DNA of 64,000 bases from Nitrosopumilus sp. (GTDB lineage: Archaea; Thermoproteota; Nitrososphaeria; Nitrososphaerales; Nitrosopumilaceae): the NCBI GenBank assembly GCA_965205675.1, contig OZ242186.1, forward strand, positions 1,888,001 to 1,952,000. The letters run 5' to 3'. Position numbers and translations under genes: made by a program. This document shows, in pieces, positions 38,170 through 48,878 of the stretch. The stretch's first letter is position 1; the number at the start of each line of letters is the position of its first letter. The notes beneath the pieces are model-generated. The model worked only from the letters and a program-made list of their open reading frames with translations, was not told where the DNA came from and made no database searches.

Positions 38170-39261
38170 GTGATTAAAACCTCAGAGATCAAAAAGATTG
38201 TTAATAATTATTCTGATGTGAAAATTGGAGTTCTGGGCAGTCACTCAGCATTGGAGATAATGGATGGTGCAAAAGACAAAGATTTTCAAACGAGAGTTTT
38301 TTGTCAGAAAGGGCGTGAAGGACCATATCAACGATTTGGACGTATTGCAGATGAAATTACCATCGTAGATAAATTCAAAGATATGGCATCGGCTAAATAT
38401 CAAAAAGAATTAAGAGATTCAAATACAATTATTGTACCTCATAGATCACTTACAGTTTACCTAGGATACAAAACAATTGAGAATTCATTTAAAGTTCCGA
38501 TTTTTGGAAATAGGAAATTATTCCAAGCAGAAGAAAGAACAGCTAAAAAAGGACAATACTATCTGTTGGAAAAAGCCAGAATAAAATATCCAAAATTATT
38601 CAAAGATCCTAAAAGAATCAACAAACCATCCATTGTTAAAGTTCAAGAAAAAAATAGACCATTGGAAAGAGCATTCTTCACAGTGTCATCGTACAAAGAT
38701 TATGTAAAAAAATCTGAAGAAAAAATCAAACAAGGAATAATTGCACGAAAAGATCTTCAAAAAGCAAGCATAGAAGAATTGGGAATAGGAACATACATGA
38801 ATTTTAATTTCTTTCATACGCCAATTTCAGACCAAGTTGATTTTATTGGAATTGAAAGAAGACTACAAACAAACATTCATGATTACAATGCATTGCCAGC
38901 AAGAGAACAATTAGAAATGAATATAGATTTACAAAATATAGAAGTAGGTCACACACCTGCAAGCATTAGAGAATCATTACTTGAAAAAGTACTCAAAATG
39001 GGAGACAAGTTTGTAGCTGCAGTGAAAAAAGAATATGCACCAGGAATAATTGGACCATTTTCATTACAAAGTGTAATCACAAAAGATTTGGAATTAATTG
39101 TGTATGATGTATCATTACGAGTTCCAGGGAATCCAATCGTAGCCACTACCAGTCCATATACAAAATACCAATATGGACAGATATTTGGTGTGGGTCAAAG
39201 AATTGCAATGGAAATTAAACGAGCCCAAGAGGAAGATAGACTAGATGAGATAGTCACTTAG
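38170..39261 (+). CDS. purP: Formate--AICAR ligase family protein (PurP)
   Basis: GSHSAL...DGA, FGNR....EER, GH.P.SIRESLL, IGPFSLQ, SPY. Confidence 0.88.
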   Translation: MIKTSEIKKIVNNYSDVKIGVLGSHSALEIMDGAKDKDFQTRVFCQKGREGPYQRFGRIADEITIVDKFKDMASAKYQKELRDSNTIIVPHRSLTVYLGYKTIENSFKVPIFGNRKLFQAEERTAKKGQYYLLEKARIKYPKLFKDPKRINKPSIVKVQEKNRPLERAFFTVSSYKDYVKKSEEKIKQGIIARKDLQKASIEELGIGTYMNFNFFHTPISDQVDFIGIERRLQTNIHDYNALPAREQLEMNIDLQNIEVGHTPASIRESLLEKVLKMGDKFVAAVKKEYAPGIIGPFSLQSVITKDLELIVYDVSLRVPGNPIVATTSPYTKYQYGQIFGVGQRIAMEIKRAQEEDRLDEIVT

Positions 39262-39304
39262 AAAATAATCTTAGAATAATAAGATGACTAGGCATCTATT
39301 GTCC

Positions 39305-39747
39305 TTAGATTATTATGAAATGTTTGAGAATGAATTTTGTATCATTTGCAAAAACAATCCCCACCTCATCAACATCATAAATCAAATCATCATCTATAGT
39401 GAAAAACACAAGTTCGTGAGTTATTTCTCAGGTGTTTCAATTTGTTTATTTGTATTTACTTAGGTAAAATCAACTGATTTCTAGTTTTTTTGAACTATTT
39501 AGTTACTGAACTTTGTCTTTTTGCTATACTATTCCTACAGATGCAATATTATGCACTTGTTTACTAAAATGTTGACAGATTCTAATATGAAAACCAGTTA
39601 ATTTGTACAGTATTGATATAACACCATTCTAGTAAGTTATGACATTAAGCATTTTCCAAAACTGTTCTCTCAAATGCTTGGCGTAACTCCAATGAATACA
39701 ATGGTGTTAGAGTAGATAACAGCTCCCGTAAATTTACCAGTTCCCAT
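39305..39747 (-). pseudogene. Probable decayed gene for a secreted or membrane protein
   Basis: Starts MGTGKFTGAVIYSNTIVFIGVTPSI* (signal-like) and ends ...HELVFFTIDDLIYDVDEVGIVFANDTKFILKHFIII*; many stops in between. Confidence 0.35.
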
Positions 39748-39802
39748 AGATTATTGCATATCTCATGACTAAAACTAAGTAAAGAATCATTAATGAAAAA
39801 AC

Positions 39803-40729
39803 TTGGTTAATTATATGAATTGTGATAGATGTAAAAATCCTGCTGTATATACAAGAAAATATTCAGGTGAGAGACTTTGTTCAGAATGTTTCTCAAAGTC
39901 AATTGTAAGAAAAACTGCAAAAACTATTTCAAAATACGACATGATCAAACATGGTGATTTAGTAGCAGTAGCTGTATCTGGAGGAAAAGATTCCTTGGTA
40001 TTATTAAAAATTATTAATGAAATGGTATTGACACATAGTTTTAGAATAAAAGCAATTACTATTGATGAGGGAATTCCAGGATATAGAAATGAAGCATTAG
40101 AAATTGTTGAAAAATTTTGTGCTGAACTAAATGTAGAACACAAAGTTTATTCATACAAAGATCTTTTTGAATTGACCTTAGATGAAGCCTTAGATTTACG
40201 AGAAAATAAAAAAACATCATCATGCTCAATATGTGGAACACTTAGAAGAAGAGCAATAGATTATGCAGCCAAAGATATTGGTGCAGATGTTATTGCAACA
40301 GGTCATAATTTAGATGATACATTACAAACATTTGTTATTAACATGCTTTCAGGAGATACGACTAAGATTGGTTGGATGAATCCTGATACGTCTATGAATG
40401 ATTTAAGAAAAATAAAACCATTTTGTGAGATCTATGAATCTGAAATAGTTTTTTATGCATTTACAAATGATATGCCATTTCAATCAGAACCATGTCCACA
40501 CATGAATGAGGGAATTAGAACAGAGATTCGTGAATTTTTGAATTCATTAGAAAATCAACATAGTGGAATTAAAAATAATTTGTATCAATCAATTCTCAAG
40601 GTTTCAACGTCAATAAAAAATTCTAATTCCAAGGTAAAAATAAAATGTGAAAAATGTGGAAACGATTGCACAGGCAATGTATGCTCAGTTTGCAGTGTGA
40701 TTTTAAGACTAAAAAAAAATCAAACCTAA
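39803..40729 (+). CDS. tRNA 2-thiolation protein (TtcA/Ncs6/TtuA family)
   Basis: SGGKDS PP-loop, CSICG..RR, TGHNLDD, terminal CxxC Zn motifs. Confidence 0.9.
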   Translation: MVNYMNCDRCKNPAVYTRKYSGERLCSECFSKSIVRKTAKTISKYDMIKHGDLVAVAVSGGKDSLVLLKIINEMVLTHSFRIKAITIDEGIPGYRNEALEIVEKFCAELNVEHKVYSYKDLFELTLDEALDLRENKKTSSCSICGTLRRRAIDYAAKDIGADVIATGHNLDDTLQTFVINMLSGDTTKIGWMNPDTSMNDLRKIKPFCEIYESEIVFYAFTNDMPFQSEPCPHMNEGIRTEIREFLNSLENQHSGIKNNLYQSILKVSTSIKNSNSKVKIKCEKCGNDCTGNVCSVCSVILRLKKNQT

Positions 40730-40760
40730 TGCAAATATAACATACCTTCTTAGGAAAAAT

Positions 40761-41076
40761 GGTAGTAGGTAGGATCAGGGTGTTAGCCGTGCCCTATTCT
40801 GAAACCGGCTATATGCAGAGATCAGCAACTGCTGGGTAAATCTCTAGAAGGGTAATTCCCGCTTGGTGTGCGGAAATGAAATCACGCCGAGGCGGGTGGT
40901 TGCAGGACTAGAAATATCCGAAGGGATAGATTCTAAGACCGAACCATCGAAAGGGATGAGGTCCGGGAGGGAGCAATCCTAAGGTGGAGCATCCACGCTT
41001 CCTCGTCAACGTGGCGGATCTTGTATGCCTTGAAATGGGACTATTCGTCTAGACTGGAGCCAGCAGATCTACTACC
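40761..41076 (+). ncRNA. ffs: Signal recognition particle RNA (archaeal 7S)
   Basis: GC-rich 316 nt; termini pair (GGTAGTAGGT / ATCTACTACC); Alu loop-loop complement TAGCCG (40784) / CGGCTA (40806); helix 6 GAAG loop; helix 8 GAGG-TCC-GGGA-GGG-AGCA. Confidence 0.88.
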
Positions 41077-41105
41077 TTTATAATTAAAATAAAAATTATA
41101 AATTC

Positions 41106-41438
41106 ATGGAAGGAATGATTTCATTTGGAAATAAAAAGAGTTATGAAGACTTTAAGAAACAAGTTCCAAGCCCTGTTTTACCATTATTTGATTCAATCAG
41201 AGAATTTTGTTTCTCTTTAGGGGATAAAGTAGTGGAAGACGTAAGAATGCATAGAGTAGTTTTTTGTAAATCGATGACATTTAGATGGTTTGCAGATGTA
41301 GAACCAGAAAGGGAAGGAATTATTATAAAAATCCAAAAAAACAGAAAAGAATCAATTCAAATAATTCATATAAATAAAGAACAACAGATTTCAGAAATAA
41401 GTCAGATCATCAAAAAGGCATTTGAAGAAATTCATTAG
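41106..41438 (+). CDS. Hypothetical protein (DUF5655/YjbR-like fold possible)
   Basis: LF..IR......G..V.E......V.F......FA.V pattern; family is inference. Confidence 0.65.
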   Translation: MEGMISFGNKKSYEDFKKQVPSPVLPLFDSIREFCFSLGDKVVEDVRMHRVVFCKSMTFRWFADVEPEREGIIIKIQKNRKESIQIIHINKEQQISEISQIIKKAFEEIH

Positions 41439-41713
41439 TACAACACCTCAAATTTTGAAAATTCTGCAATGAACTTTTCATTACGTATCTTTACATCTTC
41501 AACTCTTGCATTAGCAGGACCACCATGAGCCCATTCAATTAATCTACTAATATTTTCTACATCTCCTTCTAGAACAGCTTCAACTCTACCATCTTTAAGA
41601 TTTTTAACCCAACCAAAAATATTATTTTTTTTTGCCATAACTTTTAGTGTTTGGCGAAAAAAAACACCTTGTACCTTCCCAGTTACAAAAAGTCTAACAC
41701 GTTGTTTTGACAC
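41435..41713 (-). CDS. acyP: Acylphosphatase
   Basis: V.GKVQGVFFR, GWVKN..DG.VE, GP..ARV. Confidence 0.95.
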   Translation of the reverse strand: MSKQRVRLFVTGKVQGVFFRQTLKVMAKKNNIFGWVKNLKDGRVEAVLEGDVENISRLIEWAHGGPANARVEDVKIRNEKFIAEFSKFEVLY

Positions 41714-41759
41714 AGATGATATTGGAGTTGGCTATTAATCAATTTTAGGTTAAAGAGAA

Positions 41760-42494
41760 TTACTTTCTTTCTTTGATTCTAGCTCTACCAGTCTTTCTTG
41801 CAGCTATACTACCTACCTTTGCACCAGGAGGAGCATCTCTTGAAACTGTAGAACTTTGTCCAACATGTTGATGACGACCACCACCGTGTGGGTGTACATA
41901 TGCTGCTTGAGCAACACCTCTTACAATTGGATATTTTTTTCCTTTAGCTTTAAAACTACGCCACTTGTTACCAGCACTCATAAAATGTCGTTCGCTTGCT
42001 CCGCCACCAGCAAGAGTGCCAATCATAGCTCTATTCTTAGGATTCAGAGTAGCAAATTTTCCAGAAGGTAGTTTAACAGTTACACCGTCATCACCATGAG
42101 AAAATATAGTTGCGTTAGTACCTGCAGACTTGACAATAGCACCACCATCACCAAAATGCTTTTCAATATTACATACAATTGTACCATCAGGAATGTTTTG
42201 AACACTAATGACATTTCCTTTCTCAATTTCTGATTTTAGTCCAAATTGTAAAGTTGTACCTACTGTAGTACCAAGAACTGCAGGTACAAATGAAACAGAG
42301 CCATCTTCAAATCTAACTTTTGCTAGTGGCGCTTCTCTACCACGTTCATGAATAAGATCGATAATTTTGCCCATATGTTGTTCTGATAGTGGAAAACGCG
42401 GATAATTTGCTTTTGTGCCTACTTTACCAGTAGATGTAGATCTAAACTGATTGCCTCCACGGCCTCTTCTTCGAACTAATGGTCTCTTACCCAA
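41760..42494 (-). CDS. rpl2: 50S ribosomal protein L2
   Basis: MGKR...RRGRG from TTG at 42494; HPHGGG, PPG.KVG.IAAR.TG. Confidence 0.96.
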   Translation of the reverse strand: MGKRPLVRRRGRGGNQFRSTSTGKVGTKANYPRFPLSEQHMGKIIDLIHERGREAPLAKVRFEDGSVSFVPAVLGTTVGTTLQFGLKSEIEKGNVISVQNIPDGTIVCNIEKHFGDGGAIVKSAGTNATIFSHGDDGVTVKLPSGKFATLNPKNRAMIGTLAGGGASERHFMSAGNKWRSFKAKGKKYPIVRGVAQAAYVHPHGGGRHQHVGQSSTVSRDAPPGAKVGSIAARKTGRARIKERK

Positions 42495-42597
42495 GTTGAT
42501 CGTTTGCGACGTAAAGAGAATTTTAAGCTTGTGGTGTTCTTTGTTAGTTTCAAGAATTACCACAAAGGTATAAAAATTAGAATTGAGGCCATTGAGT

Positions 42598-44784
42598 ATG
42601 AGTCAAAATGCTCTTTCTCTCAAAGTTCTTGAAGCATATACAAGAGATGTAGGAAGAGGTGTAGCAAGAATCGATTATGACTCCATGGACACATTAAATG
42701 CCTCTACAGGCGATGTTATTGAAATTAAAGGGAAAAGAAGAACAGTTGCAAAATGTCTTCCACTTTATCCATCAGATGAAGGTAAAGGAATTATCAGAAT
42801 TGATGGACTTGGAAGAAATAATTCAGGGATTGCAATTGGTGATACAATATCTGTTAGAAAAATTAAAGCAGTAGCTGCAGAAAAAATAGTGGTTGCTCCA
42901 CTTGAAGCAATTCCTCCAATAGATGAAAGATATCTTGCAGATGCTTTAGAAAGTGTGCCTTTGATTAAAGGAGATAATGTGATGGTCCCATACTTTGGTG
43001 GGCGTTTAACTTTTCAAGTTATTGGAGTAAACCCAGCAGCTGATGCAGTATTAGTAACTCAAAAAACTGTTTTCCATATTGCAGAAAAAGGAGAAACACT
43101 ACGTGGAGTTCCGCAAGTAACATACGAAGACATTGGTGGCATTCATAATGAAATTAAAAAAGTTAGGGAGATGATTGAGCTTCCATTACGACATCCAGAA
43201 ATTTTTGAGAAATTGGGAATTGAAGCTCCAAAAGGTGTTTTATTATATGGACCTCCAGGTACTGGTAAAACTCTACTTGCAAAAGCAGTAGCAAATGAAA
43301 GTAATGCACATTTTATCAGCATTTCAGGCCCAGAAATTATGAGTAAGTTTTACGGTGAAAGTGAGGCAAGATTAAGAGAAATTTTCAAAGAAGCGAGAGA
43401 GAAAGCTCCATCAATTATTTTTGTAGATGAAATTGATTCTATTGCACCAAAAAGAGAAGAAGTTACTGGAGAAGTTGAACGAAGAGTTGTTTCTCAAATG
43501 TTATCATTAATGGATGGATTGGAAGCAAGGGGTAAAGTAATTGTAATTTCAGCTACTAACAGACCAAATGCAATTGATCCTGCACTTAGAAGACCAGGAA
43601 GATTTGATAGAGAAATTGAGATTAAGGTTCCAGATAAAAAAGGAAGAAAAGACATTCTTGCAATTCACAGTAGAAATATGCCTTTAGGTGAAGATGTTAA
43701 CCTAGATAAAATTTCATCAGTTAGTCACGGATACGTTGGTGCAGATTTAGAATATCTTTGTAAAGAGGCTGCAATGAAATGTTTAAGGAGATTATTACCA
43801 GTTTTGAATTTAGAGGAAGAAAAACTGCCTCCTGAAACATTAGATAAACTAATTGTAAATCATGAAGATTTCCAAAAAGCGTTGATTGAGGTAACACCAT
43901 CTGGAATGCGAGAAGTTTTCATTGAAAATCCAGATGTGAAATGGGAAGATGTTGGTGGTTTAGAGGAAGTTAAAAAAGAATTACAAGAAGCAGTAGAATG
44001 GCCAATGAAGTACCCAGGCCTTTATGATAAATTAGGACACAGTATGCCAAGAGGAATATTATTACATGGTCCAAGTGGTACTGGTAAGACTTTACTTGCA
44101 AAAGCAGTTGCTACTCAAAGTGAAGCAAACTTTGTTTCAGTAAGAGGTCCCGAACTCTTATCAAAATGGGTAGGAGAATCAGAAAGAGGCATTAGAGAGA
44201 TTTTCAAACGTGCACGTCAATCTTCACCATGTGTTGTATTCTTTGATGAAATTGATTCTATTGCACCAATTAGAGGAGCTGGTGGTGAGACCGCAGTTAC
44301 TGAGAGAGTTGTAAGTCAATTATTAACAGAACTAGATGGTATGGAAAATATGCATGGTGTCATAGTATTAGCAGCAACAAACAGAGCAGACATGATCGAT
44401 CCTGCATTACTAAGACCAGGACGATTTGATAAAATTATACAAATCCCACTTCCAGATAAAGAAAGTAGAAAGAGTATCTTGAAAATTAATGCTGAAAAGA
44501 TTCCAACTATTAGTGAAGAAAGTGATCCTAAACATGTTGATTTCGATAAACTTGCAGAATTAACTGATGGGTTAAGTGGTGCAGATACTGCATCCATTGC
44601 AAACACAGCAGTATCATTAGTAATTCATGAATTCTTAGATTCCCATCCAGATGTTAAAGATATAGAGAAAAAGGATGTTAATGCCAAAGTTTCTATGAAA
44701 CACTTTGAAGAAGCAGTAAAGAAAGTAAGAGAACAAAAAGATCTCAAAATGGGCGAAAAACTAGTAGCTTCCTATTACAGATAG
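42598..44784 (+). CDS. cdc48: Cdc48/VCP family AAA+ ATPase
   Basis: N-domain plus two AAA modules (GPPGTGKT / [18 protein letters not shown]); C-terminal YYR HbYX-like tail. Confidence 0.96.
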   Translation: MSQNALSLKVLEAYTRDVGRGVARIDYDSMDTLNASTGDVIEIKGKRRTVAKCLPLYPSDEGKGIIRIDGLGRNNSGIAIGDTISVRKIKAVAAEKIVVAPLEAIPPIDERYLADALESVPLIKGDNVMVPYFGGRLTFQVIGVNPAADAVLVTQKTVFHIAEKGETLRGVPQVTYEDIGGIHNEIKKVREMIELPLRHPEIFEKLGIEAPKGVLLYGPPGTGKTLLAKAVANESNAHFISISGPEIMSKFYGESEARLREIFKEAREKAPSIIFVDEIDSIAPKREEVTGEVERRVVSQMLSLMDGLEARGKVIVISATNRPNAIDPALRRPGRFDREIEIKVPDKKGRKDILAIHSRNMPLGEDVNLDKISSVSHGYVGADLEYLCKEAAMKCLRRLLPVLNLEEEKLPPETLDKLIVNHEDFQKALIEVTPSGMREVFIENPDVKWEDVGGLEEVKKELQEAVEWPMKYPGLYDKLGHSMPRGILLHGPSGTGKTLLAKAVATQSEANFVSVRGPELLSKWVGESERGIREIFKRARQSSPCVVFFDEIDSIAPIRGAGGETAVTERVVSQLLTELDGMENMHGVIVLAATNRADMIDPALLRPGRFDKIIQIPLPDKESRKSILKINAEKIPTISEESDPKHVDFDKLAELTDGLSGADTASIANTAVSLVIHEFLDSHPDVKDIEKKDVNAKVSMKHFEEAVKKVREQKDLKMGEKLVASYYR

Positions 44785-44816
44785 TTTTAATAAAATAATA
44801 AATCTAATTCTTATAA

Positions 44817-46106
44817 ATGTCAGAATATATCGGATATGTTGGAAATTCATTAGAATTTTTAAAAACAAATCAGATTTCAATTGGAGATTCTGTAAAAATT
44901 TTAGCTGATATTACTTTTTCAGGCATAATTATGCCCAGATATGAACACAGTGACGACAAACATATTGTTTTGAAATTAAAAAGTGGTTATAACATTGGTT
45001 TAGAAATTACTAAAATTAGAAAGATAGAAAGAAACCCACCTATAGAAAAAAATACTAAAAAAAATGAAAGGATAGAAAAAGATTCTAAACTTCCAAATAT
45101 TTTATTATTATCAACTGGAGGAACAATTGCAAGTAAAATCGATTATAGAACAGGAGCAGTTACTCCAGTTTTGACAGCTGAGGAATTAAATTCATATGTT
45201 CCCGAGCTTGCTAAAATTGCCAATATAGATACCAAAGTATTATTTTCGGAATATTCAGAAAATATAATGCCTGAACATTGGTTAAAAATTGCTGAAACAA
45301 TAAAAGAATATTCTAAATCAGATTATTTAGGAATTATTATTGCACATGGTACAGATACTATGCATTACACATCATCTTATCTTTCTTTTTCACTTGCAGG
45401 CTTTCCAATACCAATAGTATTAGTTGGATCACAAAGATCATCTGATCGTGCATCATCAGATGCAGTATTGAATCTAATTGGTGCTGCAAAACTTCTAACA
45501 AAATGCAACACAAATGGAATCTACATAGCAATGCATCAAGATGAAAATGATGAAACAATTGCTTGTCATATAGGTACAAGAGTAAGAAAAAACCATACTA
45601 GTAAAAGAGGAGCATTTCAAACAGTTGGAGATGATCCTGCATTTTTAATTGTAAATAATGAAATTCATAACAATATGAAGACTGAATTTTTTACAAATAA
45701 AGAATTTGAATCTAAAATAAAAATAAATAAGAAAGTTGCACTAGTGAAATATCATCCTGGATACGATCCAAACATGTTAAAAAATATCATAGATTTTGGA
45801 TGCAAAGCAATAATTTTTGAAGGTACGGGCCTAGGCCATATTGGAGAAAATATGTACTCCATGGTGAAAATTGCAAAAGAAAAAGACATCTTTATGGGAA
45901 TGACTTCTCAATGTATAGATGGTAGAGTAAGAATGACAGTTTATGAAAGCGGCAGAGATCTGCTTGATTTAGGCATAATTCCCCTTGAGAATATGATTCC
46001 AGAAATTGCACTAGTGAAGGCAATGTGGGCAACAGGAAACACTGAAAATTATGATGAAATCAAAGAAATTATGTTAAATAAAATTGCATCAGAGTTTTCA
46101 ACATAG
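44817..46106 (+). CDS. gatD: Glu-tRNA(Gln) amidotransferase subunit D
   Basis: KL.SGYNIG, TGGTIAS..DY.TG, HGTDT, SQRSSDR, GTGLGH. Confidence 0.95.
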   Translation: MSEYIGYVGNSLEFLKTNQISIGDSVKILADITFSGIIMPRYEHSDDKHIVLKLKSGYNIGLEITKIRKIERNPPIEKNTKKNERIEKDSKLPNILLLSTGGTIASKIDYRTGAVTPVLTAEELNSYVPELAKIANIDTKVLFSEYSENIMPEHWLKIAETIKEYSKSDYLGIIIAHGTDTMHYTSSYLSFSLAGFPIPIVLVGSQRSSDRASSDAVLNLIGAAKLLTKCNTNGIYIAMHQDENDETIACHIGTRVRKNHTSKRGAFQTVGDDPAFLIVNNEIHNNMKTEFFTNKEFESKIKINKKVALVKYHPGYDPNMLKNIIDFGCKAIIFEGTGLGHIGENMYSMVKIAKEKDIFMGMTSQCIDGRVRMTVYESGRDLLDLGIIPLENMIPEIALVKAMWATGNTENYDEIKEIMLNKIASEFST

Positions 46107-46118
46107 TCAGATGTAACC

Positions 46119-48026
46119 ATGGAGAAATTTTCAATTAAAGATGCAGGTATCAAAGTAGGACTGGAGATCCATCAACAGCTTGCAACAAATAAAAAATTAT
46201 TTTGTAATTGTACCACTATTGAATCAGATGAATATTCAATAAAGTTTCAGAGAAAATTACGAGCATCTAAAAGTGAATTAGATGAATTTGATCCTGCAGT
46301 ACTATTTGAGAGTACAAAATCTAAAACAATAATGTATTATGCAAATCAAGAAAGTAGTTGTTTGGTAGAACAAGACGAAGAGCCACCACATGAATTAGAT
46401 GAAGATGCAAGAAAAATTGCACTAGTAATTTCTTCTGCTTTAAAGTCAAATATTTTCAGCGAGATCTATCCAATGAGAAAAACAGTGATAGATGGTTCTA
46501 ACACAACTGGATTTCAGCGTACCATGCTAGTTTCACAGGGAGGATTTTATAATGTAGGAGAAACAAAAATAGGAATTCAATCTATTTGTTTAGAAGAAGA
46601 TGCTGCTAAAATATTAGGGGAAGAAGGAACTACAAGAAAATTTGGTCTAGAACGCTTAGGTGTACCGTTAGTTGAAGTTGCAACAGAACCTTTTGAAGTA
46701 GAATTAGCTGAAATTAAAAAAATTGCATTATCCTTAGGAAGAATTTTACGAAGTACAAAAAAAGTAAAAAGAGGTTTAGGATCAATTAGACAAGACGTTA
46801 ATGTTTCAATCAAAGATGGGAAAGGGATTGTAATTGAGGTTAAAGGAGTACAACAATTAGATCAGCTAGAAAAAGTTGTAGAGTATGAAGCAAAAAGACA
46901 ACAGGGATTGCTACAAATCTCAAAAAAAATACAAGAGACAAATTGGAGTTATGATGAGGAAAATAAAAAAGATATTACGGAATTCTTTTTAAAATGTGAA
47001 TCAAAGATTATTCAAAATGCCATAAAGAAAAATCAGAGAATTGTATCCATTGCGTTTAAAAATATGGCTGGAATGTTTGGATTTTCACCATATGAGGACA
47101 TAAGATTAGGAAAAGAAATAGCTGAACTGGTAAGATTCTTTGGAATTGGAGGAGTTTTTCATTCAGATGAATTACCCAACTATGGAATAGAAAAATCAGA
47201 TTTAGAGAATCTAAAGAGATTTTTAAAAATTAATGATAATGATGCGTTTTTGATTTTAGCAATTCCTGAGGAAAAAATCCATATTGTTATAGATCAAATT
47301 ATTTTAAGAATCGAACATATCAAGAATCAAGGCATTCCAATAGACACAAGACTAGCCACACCGTCAGGAGAAACAAGATTTCTCAGACCAAGACCAGGAG
47401 CTGCAAGAATGTATCCTGAAACAGATATTCCTCCAATAATCATAACTAGAAAAGAATTAGAAACAGCTGAACAAAACATACCAAAATCTTGGGACGAGTC
47501 TTTAAAAGAATTAGAAACAAAATACAAATTGAATTTACAACTTGCTGAGCAGATTTTTGATTCACGATATATTGGATTGTTTGAAAATATAATTGAAAAA
47601 ATTAAAATAAATCCAACATTTGTTGCATCAATTCTTTGCTCTTCAATTACAAATTTAGAAAGAAGTGGATTAAATTCTAATTTATTAAAGAATGATGATG
47701 TTTTCAAAATATTTGAATTATTATCAAAAGGAAAAATTGCTAAAGAATCAATTGTGATAATATTTGAAAGTATCATGTCTGGAAAATCAAAAAATGTTGA
47801 AGAAGCTATGAAAAATACTTTTATAGAATCTATAAATGAAAAGGATTTAGAAAAAATTATTGGAGATATAGTAAACAAAAATGATGAAATTATTAAAAAT
47901 CAAAAAGAAAGAGCAATGGGACCATTAATGGGAATTGTGATGAAAGAATTAAGAGGGAAAGCTTCTGGCGAGACAATAAACAGTCTTCTCTTAAAAAATA
48001 TCAAAAAGAAGATATCAGATTTATAG
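46119..48026 (+). CDS. gatE: Glu-tRNA(Gln) amidotransferase subunit E
   Basis: GLEIHQQL, DEEPPH, DGSNTTGFQRT, RG.GSIRQD.N, PGAARMYPETD. Confidence 0.96.
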   Translation: MEKFSIKDAGIKVGLEIHQQLATNKKLFCNCTTIESDEYSIKFQRKLRASKSELDEFDPAVLFESTKSKTIMYYANQESSCLVEQDEEPPHELDEDARKIALVISSALKSNIFSEIYPMRKTVIDGSNTTGFQRTMLVSQGGFYNVGETKIGIQSICLEEDAAKILGEEGTTRKFGLERLGVPLVEVATEPFEVELAEIKKIALSLGRILRSTKKVKRGLGSIRQDVNVSIKDGKGIVIEVKGVQQLDQLEKVVEYEAKRQQGLLQISKKIQETNWSYDEENKKDITEFFLKCESKIIQNAIKKNQRIVSIAFKNMAGMFGFSPYEDIRLGKEIAELVRFFGIGGVFHSDELPNYGIEKSDLENLKRFLKINDNDAFLILAIPEEKIHIVIDQIILRIEHIKNQGIPIDTRLATPSGETRFLRPRPGAARMYPETDIPPIIITRKELETAEQNIPKSWDESLKELETKYKLNLQLAEQIFDSRYIGLFENIIEKIKINPTFVASILCSSITNLERSGLNSNLLKNDDVFKIFELLSKGKIAKESIVIIFESIMSGKSKNVEEAMKNTFIESINEKDLEKIIGDIVNKNDEIIKNQKERAMGPLMGIVMKELRGKASGETINSLLLKNIKKKISDL

Positions 48027-48103
48027 TGCAGGAGGTAGGTTTGAACCCACGAAATCCTAAGATATAGGGCCCTACGCCTTTGACTAGGCTGGGCGACTCC
48101 CAC
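48027..48103 (-). pseudogene. tRNA-Leu pseudogene lacking the anticodon loop
   Basis: GTGGGAG-TC-GCCCAGCCTAGTCAAAGGC-G-TAGGG/CCCTA (no loop)-long variable arm-GTGGG TTCAAA CCTAC-CTCCTGC-A; 77 nt. Confidence 0.85.
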
Positions 48104-48169
48104 AATGAAAAATTTTAAAATCAGAAATAAGTTTCTTTATTATACATTGGAATGATCACAAAATAGAAA

Positions 48170-48334
48170 ATGGAATTCAGAGAAGTGTATTGTTCGAACT
48201 GTAAAAAAATTCTAGGGCGATATAGTATTAAATTCTATACAGAAGATAAAATTAGTGAATTGTTAAACACTACACATTCAATGCATGTCAAAAATGGACA
48301 TCAAATTACCATAAGAGAATTTAAAAAGGATTAA
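48170..48334 (+). CDS. Small C2H2-like zinc-finger protein (54 aa; not in ORF track)
   Basis: MEFREVYCSNCKKILGRYSIKFYTEDKISELLNTTHSMHVKNGHQITIREFKKD*. Confidence 0.65.
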   Translation: MEFREVYCSNCKKILGRYSIKFYTEDKISELLNTTHSMHVKNGHQITIREFKKD

Positions 48335-48870
48335 TTTGATTTAATTTGTTCAACTGCTTGCCAAAGATTTGAAATTCGATGAATTTTATTTTCAGATATA
48401 TGTTGGTTCCAAGGTTGTGAATACAAAATTATTTTTTTATTATTTTTAAGAAATTTTTCTGCATTAAGAGGAGAATCATCAATGAATATATCATAATCTA
48501 AATCAGCTTTCATCGGTCCATCAATTACAGATACATAATTATCATATGTAACATTATGATAATTCAGCCAAGACTTTACAAAGGAATCAGTAGAACGTTC
48601 TCTTGCCGTGACTATATCAACTTGACCAAGATTAGAAAGAGAATTTGTTACAGATGACAAGTTTTCTTCAGTAGGAGGTATGGTATCCCAATTTTTCCAA
48701 CAGGAATTTAATTCAATGTAAAAATCAAAGGGATTTATCTCAAATTTTTTCCAAAATTCCCAATCAGTTATTTCATGTTTAGATATTTTCGGTCGTATAG
48801 AATTATTGTAATTTATCCAGGATGTTATAACATCAGCAAGTACGCCATCAACATCTAGGGCAATTTTCAT
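48331..48870 (-). CDS. 5'(3')-deoxyribonucleotidase-like HAD hydrolase (NT5C)
   Basis: IALDVDGVLAD, IVTAR, IFIDD, QPWN. Confidence 0.85.
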   Translation of the reverse strand: MKIALDVDGVLADVITSWINYNNSIRPKISKHEITDWEFWKKFEINPFDFYIELNSCWKNWDTIPPTEENLSSVTNSLSNLGQVDIVTARERSTDSFVKSWLNYHNVTYDNYVSVIDGPMKADLDYDIFIDDSPLNAEKFLKNNKKIILYSQPWNQHISENKIHRISNLWQAVEQIKSN

Positions 48871-48878
48871 TATACTAA

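Noticed and set aside
40761-41076. RNase P RNA
   Set aside because: No GAGGAAAGTCC/P4 motif; the SRP helix 8 and Alu signatures fit better
42495-42597. N-terminal extensions of rpl2 and cdc48 given by the ORF track
   Set aside because: The conserved proteins begin at MGKR (TTG 42494) and MSQN (ATG 42598); the interval is better read as a divergent promoter region
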